Assembly (NCBI GenBank): GCA_965637545.1
Contig: OZ281499.1
Span: forward strand, 806,001-870,000
Direction: 5' to 3'
DNA: 64,000 bases
From: Phallusia mammillata
Lineage: Eukaryota
Shown piece after piece: positions 46,885-58,800 of the stretch; positions within the stretch are counted from its first letter, which is position 1; each line of letters begins with the position of its first letter. The notes beneath the pieces are model-generated. The model did no database searches, was not told the DNA's origin, and was given only the letters and a program-made list of their open reading frames with translations. The translations under genes were made by a program, and so were the position numbers.

Positions 46885-49800
46885 TTAAGACATGTAGGTT
46901 CGAATGGCCTCCTTGATTTTCTTGCGGCACATTGGACACTTACGTACTGACGAAGCGCATTGGTCGCAACAACAAAGGTGACCACACGGCACAAATACAA
47001 TGTCGGCCAAACGCTCCAAACAGATTTTACATCGCCGTTCGTCCTGAAGTTCAGCAATGCGAGCTTGCATTGAAGAGCTTGTACCTGTGGACGAATACAA
47101 TGATTTTACACATGATATCAATTATTCAAATAACCAAAATAGAAGGGTAAAACATTGCGCACCATGGTATGATTTTACTAAATCATTACTTAGATTTATA
47201 TTTTACCACAGAATTAAAAAGGTTTCAATTAAAACAAATATCATTGCTCCTACATTAAAAAGAGCATCAGCAGCATGTTATGCTGTACAGGCGCTCCAAC
47301 AGATGACACATTCAATAAAACAGTGATTTTTATGCTTGGATATCCTTTTGCACACTAGGTTCATATAAATGGGCATGAATATGCAAATTTAATGCTCGGG
47401 TCAATTTGTGCAACTGCTCGGCCGAGTACCGAGCATCAAAAACAGCGATGCTCGGTACCGAGTACTCGGGTTCTGGCTCGGCTCGGCCCATCCCTAGCAT
47501 ATGCAGTAAACCTTGGTTAATCCGGATCTTCACCCAATTCAGACAAAACTTTAGGTGCAAATGATTTGTAATGTGGCAAGATTTTATTGTGCAATTGATT
47601 TTCAATGCAATTTTTGTTACCATGTTATTAGAACACTGTGTTTAAGCAAACACTACATGTAAGCTTACCTTGTTCCTCCACTGACTGGCTCGGCACAGAA
47701 GCTAAACATGAAACGGTTGCACAGTTACAAAAAGTTTTTATATCTTTTTAAAACTACTTTTTTCAACAAGTCTAATTACGGACGGTATCAACTGTATTTG
47801 AAACAATGGTGAAATTTATTCTTGTAACACAGTGGTTCCCAAACTTTTTCATATTTTTTTCAAAACGGTCCCTTTGCCATTATTTCGAGGGCTCGCGGTC
47901 CTTAAGCCTAAATGTGTATTTCATTTAAACGAAAGTTAATTGCAGGATTTTAGCTGGTTGTGCAAAATTGAGCATAACAATCATCCAAAGACAGCATATG
48001 ACATCACAAACAGGACAAAAACATTACATTTGTGCGTGAAAAATCGCATTTTTGATAGTTGTTATCTAATAAAAGCCATTGTTTAGCAATGGAGACAGTT
48101 GATTCTCAATTCTACTTTGATTTAACTTATTTAGTGGCACAAACTGACGCCAAATAAGATTATAGAATTATTTCACCCGCTTCGCGGTCCCCCAAAAATT
48201 GTCTCACGGACCCCTAAAGGACCAAGGCCCCAGTTTGGGAACCGCTGTTGTAACACAATTAATAAAAAAACTAGGAGCAAACCCATTTTCAATAGCACAC
48301 AAGTAATTTCAGGCAAGGCACTCTGGTTATAGCATTGATATTTAAAACAAAACCATCTTGCATTTTAGTGTGTTTAATTTAGGTACAGTGCAGAATAATT
48401 TTTAATAATAAAACGCCAAAAATGTAATTTCACACTTTCCTAAGCAGGAGTACCACATTTTTTTGCCACTATTAATCACAGTTTTGGTAATAAAATGAAA
48501 TGGTTTTGGTAATAAAATGAAATGGTACTTTTTGCACACCACAAAAATTTTGCTAACTTTGTACATTGTTTATTCAACCCAAAAACATTTTCAATTTGTC
48601 ACCGGTTAAAAACCTCCACATTAGGCAGCAGAAAAGAAAAAAAAATGTTTTATTGCGCCACCTGGTGGTTGTGACTCCATTGGTTCTTCCTCATTTTCAC
48701 TGTCAGAGTTCCGTGAAGCTTCATCGGAAGTTAAATCGCTCACCAAATCCTCGACTGTGCTGTACATTGCACTGCGCCGGAGTCGACTGCATTAAAACAA
48801 GTTTCTGTTAAAATTAAGTAAGTAGAGTCAGAGTAAAAAAATCAGCAAACTACAAGTATAGGTTAAGAAAAATGGCTTCAAGACTTTTCCACAAACTACC
48901 AACCGCCTAAAATTTCGGAGTCTGCTGCAATAAAACAGGTGTAAGTCAGAAATAGGAAAGTAACATAAGTTTAATGAAGAAAATAACGGCCCAAATAGAT
49001 GTAAAAAGCAACATGCGTTATTTTTCTGATGCAGCCTTATATCACTGATAATGGCATGAGCATTTGCCGAAACGTTTAAAAAGTAAAGCATGTCACTTCT
49101 TGCGTATATTTGGGCTGTTATTTTCATTATTAAACTTATGAACGGATCCGTATGTAGTGTTCCAAAGAAAAGTAACATTACAGTATGTCAAGTACAAAAC
49201 AAACTGGTTTTAGACTTTTCCAGAACCACACACAGCTTAAATTAATGAGTAAAATGTAAATTATTACGATGCACAGCATTTGGATTGGGCAAGTAAACAC
49301 ACTGCATGACAACTGTCAAAATAAGAAACTAATGTAACAGGGTCAGAGTAAAAAGTCAGCAAATTACAAATATAATTTAAAAAGAATGGCTTCAAGACTT
49401 TCCCAAAAACTTTTAACAACCTAAAACCACAAGTAAAATTTCTATAAGTAGGGCATTCAGATAAAGTAAAACAAATTAACACACCGCTTGACAACTCGTC
49501 GAATCAGGGGAAGTTCAAATCCAATTTCGAGAGCCCTTGCAACAATGTCAGATTGCATTGCAGTGTTTACTTGTTCATCCTCGCGACGCAATTCCTCCTA
49601 CGGATAAATAATATTTCTTTATACTGCAACTAAGCAATGCATGGAAATATATTTGGTCACAATGTCCATTGTTTCATTGTTTTCCAAGTGTAAAAGTGCT
49701 TTCTTGATTGTTTAGACGTTTTTTACCTCAAATAGATACAGAAGCGTTATGTATGGATGACGACTGACAATGTGATGAAAACTGCTAAGCCTTAAAACAT

Positions 49801-52800
49801 TTGCTACATAATTCAATCTTCAATTGATAAACCAACTATGTTTCACAATTTTGACAAAGTCTACATTCTAAAACACTGTTTAATGTAAAGGCATAGATGA
49901 TAGTCTAGCACAGGGGTGGCCAACCCGCGGCTCGCGAGCCGCATGCGGCTCTTTGCCTGGTTTCATGCGGCTCTAGGTTGTTGTCGAAGTTTGGGGCCAC
50001 TGCGGATATCTTGGTTAGTTTGAGGCGATCTGGTATGGAAATCGTTAAATTTGAAGTATAGCTATGACAATTTTGCTTGCCTTGAAACTGCAACCTTATG
50101 TGGCAAATGACTTGATTATGATGACAAATATTCAATTGTTGAACAATGAATGATTGCTCATTGTTGCGTACAATGCGAATGAGACACAAAGCAACAGCAA
50201 TATTGCAACGTGTTCCAAAATAAATAACAATCCATTGTTTTTCGGGTTATGATGAACTTACAAGTCACTATTATGTTGGTGTGCGTTTTAGAATAAATCT
50301 AGCTAAGCACAGGTCTCTGTGTGTAAGGAAATGAACATGTGTGCCCATGTGTATAATGCGGCTCTTTGTGGTAACACAGTAAAAAATTTGGCTCTTAGGC
50401 TTTGACCGGTTGGCCATCCCTGGTATAGCATCTACTATTCTTGTCTTAATAGGTCAGAATTAAAAACAAATGGTCACAACCGCACTGGATCTTCAGAAGG
50501 CAATGTGCATATATAATTTATAAGGTGACGACAATGCCCATTGTAAACCTTATAAAAACTTTATTGTTTACACCTTTTTTAACCCCCAGTATATAAAGTG
50601 AGTCTACTGCAATGCATATTATCAAACAAATCAGAATAAAACAGCTTGCCTGTGGGTCAATGATTTGTGGGGGCGGGGTGGGGGCGCGGCCGAACTGTTG
50701 TCTCCTTTCACCTTCCATCGGAACCGGGGGAACATCATAGTTACCTCGCATTGGGGGTCGGGGTAAATTGGGAAACAGAGAGACCATGCGATGGACAAAA
50801 TCAGGTCCCTTTCGCTGCAGCAGGAACTCGCATCTGAAGTTGTATATAGGTCAAAGGTCGGGTCAAAATCCCACTAACGTTTTGAACAAGTAAACTTACG
50901 TTGGAAACCACTTTGCATGTTCTGTCCAGGGTTCATCTTGTGGATCCCAGTTTTGTAAACCCCCATTGCAATACCAACATTTTACTCTGTCGCGCTCTCC
51001 TTTAACGCATAGAGATGTTTGACACAAGGTACAGTACAATGTTGCCTTAATCTTTGTTTGTATTTGAATAAACTCTTGAAGAATTAGACCAGGGTCAGTC
51101 AAAAATTAGGCACAAGGTACAGTGTATTGTTATATTGTCGCTGCTTCTTCAAATTGAATAACATTTTATAAACATAACACTTCAGCCGTCCACCTAGGAA
51201 AAGGCCTTGTGTCCCTGTACTAAGGATTCTGCCCTTGGCCAAGTAAACTGTACAAGCTTTGAAAGAAAAAGACTTTCAAGAGTATGTTGCAGAGCAAAAT
51301 TCGAAAGAATTGATTTGTTTGGTAAATTTGATCGCCATAAACAGGCGGAAACTAGTGGATACCCAAAGATATATTAAATTAAACTCATTGCAAACAGAGA
51401 TCATATATATATTCAAAGCAAAACAAATTCACACTAGGTGGCACCACTCACCCAGAAAGAAGAATCCAGCTCTTGCTATTTGTCGAGGAGTCGCATCAAC
51501 ATTGTTGGCATTCCAACGATGGTCGAAAGTTTCAAATCTTACATCTTCATTTCTCATGTGAGGATTTACTGGGAATTGACACTGGAACATGTTTCTTAAG
51601 TCCCTCTGTCATAAACATATATGTATACGTTGGAATCCGCAAAACAACTTTTTTGTTGGTACCCAAGTGTCAACAGCCCTAACACAGTAAGAGCAGTGGT
51701 TCTGAACTAGTTTCAGGCCATAGACCACCAGTTCAAATAAATTAATAGCGGGCACCACTTGAGTAAGTGTACAGAAAAGATCCATAACAATTAACAAGCA
51801 TAGTGACTATATTCCTTTAACGGTAGAATTTCTATGAGTGATATTAAGTAAGTGACAGCTAACAATAAATACCCAACAACTTGAAGAAACTTGCTTTTGT
51901 ACTGAATATTCAACAAATTGTCTGCAACTAATTCCAGTTTATCACCAAATATAATTAACGTCCTGTGGACCACATAAAAAAGTTATTACAGACCACCAGT
52001 TGAGAACCACTAAGTAAGAGTGTTCTGAGATCACCACATACCCTAACAGTCGGAATAAAAAAGTGCATTGCTATAACTGCATCAAAAAATACATAGATTT
52101 GCAATGAGGCTTGTCGTCAAACAACAAACTCACACACAGGCATTTTCGGCTCACCAAGCATACAAACAAACGACAACACTCCGTAATTGCTTCACAGACA
52201 AATATACAAAAGTGAAATCTAGTTCACCTAAACTACCTGTTCATTTTCTGATGGATCTGGAGGTTCTTCGAAAATATTTTGTTGTCGTGGCACTGCTGCT
52301 CTCTCAGCCTCAGTAAGAACAACATTTCGTTCCTCTGCTCCTTGAACCAATCTGTGTGGACAGGATGATAGGTAAATATTTTATCATGGAGTTCAAAGCC
52401 TTGAATGCCTAATAGGGTTTTTATTGTCTGTATATAGGTCAAACGCCCCAGGACCAGTGGGATTCACAATCACAGCTCTCAGGGCAGCATGCGGCTCCCA
52501 ACACCTCATTTTGTGGCTCGCACCAGACCTCAGAAAACCACCAAAGATTGCTACTAGCTTTCAAGGTTATAATCTTTAGTGATTATTCTGAGGTCTCATT
52601 TTTGCGGCTCCCGACACACTTAAAAAACTACCATTTGGCCCCGACAATCAAAAAAGGTTGAGAACTGCTACCCTAGACTAGACCATTCAGCCAAGCTCAT
52701 GCCCAAAGGTAAATTTTCTTACTGTTGTGATCAGTTTTATTGTTATAGTTTTACAGGTTTGGCAAGTTACAGTCAGCAAGCCGGGCCAGAAACAATATTT

Positions 52801-55800
52801 CAACCAATCAGTCTTTATTTCAACCAATGTTTTTTATCCTGTTGACAAATTTAGAAGAATAACTCTCCATGCCTAAAAATGTGGGCATATAGCAAAAGTC
52901 TGTATTAACAGACCCATTACAGATATTTTACCACTGGTTAAAATCTCGGCTCCAGGAGTGTATTACAGTCAACCACAGTTAAACTGGTTTGAGGTAATCC
53001 AGGTCTTCTCCTAATTTGTACAATTGTTTTTTTGATTGAACAGGGTTTACTGTGGTTAACATATATTACAATACAATAGAGGTGCCCTGTCAGAGTCTGA
53101 CGTCGGCGACAATCAAATGTTCCTGTCTTTCCATACACTTCCGGATGATGTCCAGCGGCAATTTGCCTGTGACACGTGATAGCCATCCAAGATAAGTCAT
53201 ACGCTGCCGACCACGATCTCTTCGCCCCTCCACCTTTCCGGTGAGCACCAGATGTTCCAATTGCTTCTTACGAAGCACGTGACCGAGAAATCGAACCTGT
53301 CTCATGACGATGGACTGCATCAATTGCCTTGTTGTTGCAGCCCGCTGCAGCACCGCGTCATTTCGCACCTTCTGCGTCCAGGGTATGCGTATCATTCTTC
53401 GCAGAAACCACATTTCCGCTGCCTCCAGGCGATTCTGCGTCGTTTGGCTGATGGTCCAACACTCACAGCCATATACGAGAACTGACCACACGTAGCATTT
53501 CAAGAGTCGAAGTCTTGTTGCAATGCTGATCGAGCGAGAGATCAGAACGCTTTTCATGTTTTTGTAGGCAGTTTTTGCAATTCCAATGCGCCTGCGGATA
53601 TCTATGTCACACTTTCCTGTCGATGTTAATATGCTGCCCAAGTACTGGAACTGGCTGACCTGTTCCAGCACCTCTCCTTTCACTTTGATGTTGCACGTCG
53701 GCGTGACGGCCTTCTTGGAGAAAACCATCACGAAAGATTTTCTCTCATTGATGGTAAGCCCTATCATTTCGCTTTCCTCAACGGTCTTGTTTATCATGTT
53801 CTGTAGCTTTTCTTCTGTGCCGGCGATGAGTACAGTGTCATCGGCGTATCTCAGGTTATTAACATTTACCCCGCCAATGATAAAGCCCTTCAGCTCTTTG
53901 ATGTGGCGCATTATCATTTCCGTGTAAAGGGAGAACAGGTCTGGTGACATGATACACCCTTGCCTCACTCCGCGTTCGATGTTCACATACTCACTCAGCG
54001 CACCATCTATCCTTACTGCTGCCTGCTGGTCCCAGTACAGATTCTTGATCAATTCGATGTCCTTCCCATCGATGTCCAGTGTCTCCAACATTTCGATCAA
54101 CGGTTCATGTCTGACCTTATCAAACGCTTTTACATAATCGATGAAACAGGCACATATATCACGCTGCATTTCAATTGCTCGCTCCGTTATCATCCTCAAA
54201 ATGAAGATGGCATTCCGCATACCCTTATCGGGAGTGAACCCGTACTGCTCTTCGCTGACTTCTCCAGTCGTTCTGCCTCGGATGCGGTTAAGTAGGATCC
54301 GAAGGACAAGCTTTGTGAGGTGACTCATGAGGCTGATGGTTCTATGTTCTTCACATTTTGTGGCACCCGGTTTCTTTTGTAAGGTGATGAAAACGGATTT
54401 GCACATCTCCGCTGGAAAATGACCTTCGTCGTAAATTCGATTTGCTAGCTTTGTTATCGTTTCGATACCAAAATCAGCAAGAGCTTCAATCATTTCCATT
54501 GCGATCCCGTCCGGGCCAGTTGCTTTGCCTCTCGACATATATTACTCTCTTTAAATCCAAAATATTTCAACTATAACACAGTTTTTATTTTGCAAATCCT
54601 ACCATTTAGGCCAGAAGTATAGTTGGTCTACAACCACATCAAACAGTGGTTATAATCAGCAGTTTCCCATTGACACAGGTATGTATAAATTCATTCTAGT
54701 GTTTTACAATGTCTAGTTTGTAAATCTTTTGTTCCACTGCAGAACTGTTTGTTACGATCAAACATTATTTGATTGGGATTGTCAAAAAAACATTAGGGTT
54801 TTACAATCACCTGCAGTGTGGAAAGTGCCTTCTATGTTCAGCTTGTACGTTGTCACCATAATTCCAGTTGCGCAAAACTCCAGCACATGAAAAGCACTGA
54901 ACCCGGTCAAGGTTTCCCAAGTAGAAGAATCCTGACCTTGCAAGGTCGTTCGAACTCACTGTCGGTGTTTCGTTCGGCCAGTGTTCGAAAGTTCGACTGA
55001 ATGGAAAACATAACAAGATCCAACAAAAAACCAGGAAGGGTGACTTAGCACCACTTGCCATTGCACATACAGTATGGCCTACTTCAAAACCTATATTCTA
55101 TTATTTCCTACACCTATTTTATATTGGGTCCCATAACAGCCAAAGTTTTATACCCTTTGTTTGTTTTGCTAGGTCTCCCACCCATGTAAATGATGCATTT
55201 AAGAGATAATTGTGATAAATTTTGAATAAAAATCACAAGATCCAATAAAAAATTTAATTATAAAGTAGTTTGGATTTGAATCCCAAAAATTATAAATAAA
55301 ATATCTGTCTGATCAGTAATAACATTTAACATCTGTCCACTATAAAGCAGAAATTCATTGCTACTCATATGACATGAGTATTAACTAGCATTCAGCGACT
55401 CACATTCTTTCAGATTCTTTTCTTAAGTCCAAACTTTTCAGAAAGTGCTCATGATACGACGATGGTATGTTTGCAAACTCAACAATCTGAAACAAAACAT
55501 ACAAATAAAGCATGAAAATATTACATCAATGACTTCTACAGTTGAAGCATATTATAAGACCTGCAATGTAAATTTGCACAAAAAACACTAAATCACAAAT
55601 TACAAGTGAGAGGACGATTTAGGCATTAGACAAAATAAGTTTAATTGACAACTTCACAAAAAAATGTTTTAAAAACAGATTTTGTTTTTTTGAAACAAAT
55701 AATTTACAATTTTAAAAATGGGAAAAAACTGAACAGCTGGAAAGTGGAATATATGTTCATGTGTTTACTTATTGAGACGTCATTTCCGGTTTTGTTCAAA

Positions 55801-58800
55801 CAAACCCCTAGGGCAGGGGCGGGCAACTTCTTCAGTCGGCGGGCCTGATATGGGAAAATGAAGTACTTGGCGGGCCGGATTCCTGAATCGATACATTAAT
55901 CGCGTATTTATCCAGTGATTTACAACGGATTTTTGACCGCCTAAACCATATACAGTCAAGAACGTCACAATTACAATACAGTCCGAATAATCTAACTGAT
56001 ATAACATAAAATTATTAACCACAGCAAATTTACTGCATACACCACAGACTTAGATACTGCTGAAACACTAACTAGGCTACACGTGTGGAAACAAAGGAAA
56101 CCGTGAAAGCAGGCCACACACAAGGTAGGCAGTTATGCCGTAACAATGGACCTATGGTGAAATGGTAATAACGGCGGGAAAGTTTTTTGCTATTGGGGAG
56201 CGTTACTGTCCGATACAACAATAATTTGACGTAGTAAGCAAGTAGTGGGGAATTGCGGCAGACTGTGGCCGCGGGCCACATTATCATGTAAGACCGGTAA
56301 CTGCCTGCGGGCCACTCAAAATCCCGGGCCGTATGTTGCCCGTCCCTGCCCTAGGGTGTTGTTGTTTTAAGTTTTGCATATTGAGTTACAAATGATAAAT
56401 TAGCGATAAAGGTTAAACATGTGAAAAATGTCATTAAATGAAAATTACAGAATTATTCAAATGAAAAGAATAAAAAACTATTTTTAGATATCTCAAAGAA
56501 ATGAAATTTGAAAATCAGACATTAAAGTTTGTAGTCAAATTTTTTTGTTTGCTTTAAATTTTTATATTTCTTAATATCATAAAGTATACACCAAATTGTT
56601 AAACCCAAAGTTATGCTAGTTAATATTCTATGATTTTTATGGTTTTTATCATTGGCGGCATCTTGTCATAACTTCCTTTATTGGACAGAGAACCAGCTGT
56701 AGTCAGGTTATAAATGTTCAGTATAGGGTTACACAACCAAATAGTTAATTAGTGACAATAGAATGTGGTCAGCTCAATTTTACGGAAGAACCGAGATAAA
56801 AGGCAACTACCCTTTGAGTATTAAAACATGGAGACATAAGAAATCATAAAAAAGGTGTTTTGTGGATGCTGTATTCAGAAAAGCTGATGTACGTATTTGT
56901 GTGTTGAAAACTTTAAGCTAGTTACAAAACCTGTTTTCTGTAAATATTTATCGTTCAGTTGCTCAAGCACACAGATAGCCTGGTTTCGATTAGCTTAAGT
57001 AAGATTTTAAACTTTGTTCAACAGACCATAATGTAGTTTCACAGGCTACTGGCCTTAACTAAGCTGAACAAATAGTTTTAAAAATTGGCCATGGTGACAA
57101 TAAACTGTTGCTAAGCGTCACCGAACAACCTTTGTTAGTCAAGTAAAATTTGTTCAGCTCAATTTCATTTAAAAGGGCGAGACTTTATTCATAAAATACA
57201 AAAATAACAGTGTTGAAAAAAACAGGTTTTATGCTTTCACACAACGTAATACCACCAATTACCAACAGTATTAATCTTACTGTTAAACATTAGAACAGAA
57301 TTTAGCTGTTGCATAACAGGCAAATAGCAGTATTTATTAGTAAAACTTACATTATATATTGAAGCAGTTTGTCTTGGATGGGGTGCTGAATACACACCTT
57401 GGCCTGTGAACAATACAAGTACAACTTGTCCACTGTACAACAATGTTTACACCAAAACCTGAGTTTTGTTTACATTGGGGTAGGGCAAAATCAAATACTT
57501 GAAAATAAAGTGGCATAAATCCTAAGCCAGGTGTGTGCAACAGGCGGAAAAATTGTGTGGCCCTCGCTTGATGTCCGAAATTAGTTAAATGGCGCACCGA
57601 TGAAAAATGTTGCACACCCTGTGCTAAGTCAATATCGCCAGTAACTGCCTCATGTATATAAGTTTAAATTATCATTTTTTATCAAAGCAAGGCATAGTTA
57701 CATATTAGTCATAAACATATCAAAATAGCTGCAAACCAGGGTTAAGTAGTTGGGACTCCAGAGTAACATAGGCATAGCACAAAAGGTGGAGTCAAAGTTG
57801 TTTTAAAGTATTGTTTGAGTCTCAGTGGTGACGCTTTTGACCACATTCGACTTTTGGTACAATTTTGTTAAAAAAACAGCAAAACAATTTAAAAGGACAA
57901 CTAAATGTTTGGTTTTGCAGTCAATGTCATGAGATTTTTAACTGATTCAACAACCCTGCTGTACGCCTTCGATTCCCAGCTTAACCAGGCAAGATATATG
58001 ACTTCTATTTAAACCTACTTGCTGGTTGCCTTTCATTTCCTGGAGCGGGCATACTTTGTGCTCTTGGTGCTTGACTAGATGGCGCTGGGGAGCTGGTGAA
58101 GTTCGCAGATCTAGTCTGCAATTATAAAGGTATGCATAACAAAAAATGGATATTAAAAAAAAATGCAAGTCAAAAGTACATATAGAAAACAAAGTAATTA
58201 AATCAATCTAAACTTGTGCACTTCTTCGAAAATCTCGCATACATTTTTTTGTAAAATACATAAGATTATAGGGATGGGCTGAGCCGAGCCAGAAACCGAG
58301 TACTCCGTATCGAGCATCGCTGTTTTTAATGCTCGGTGCTCGGCCGAGCAGTTGCACAAACTGACCCAAGCGTTAAATTTGCACATTCATACTAACAAAC
58401 AAAACTTTTGTTTAAAAAGGTATACAAAAACAAAAATGACCGTTTATTTAAATGCATTATGATTGTAAAAAAAACGTGTCTTTCTAATGTAGGGCTGTAC
58501 AGCTTAACCTTAAAACACCAGTCGTAACGTAAGGGACTTTGTAAACCTAAAACTTGCGTGGAATAGGGAATGTTTGTGATGTCATAATGCACCCGAGCGT
58601 GCTCGGCTGAGCACAAAGCATTAACATGAGATGCTCAGTGCTCGTCCAAACGGAACACTTGCAGTTTTGGCCCATCCCTATAAGATAATATATTTAATAC
58701 AGCATAATCGTGTAATTTAGAAATTACTGAACAAGCATTTACTCCAGCACAATTGTGCTGCTATGCTGTAGATCATGGTGCAGTTTATGTAATATTTAGG

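Noticed and set aside
54535-54538. ATG start of the 482-aa RTE ORF
   Set aside because: The ATG lies in the target-site duplication; the element is 5'-truncated and lacks the endonuclease.
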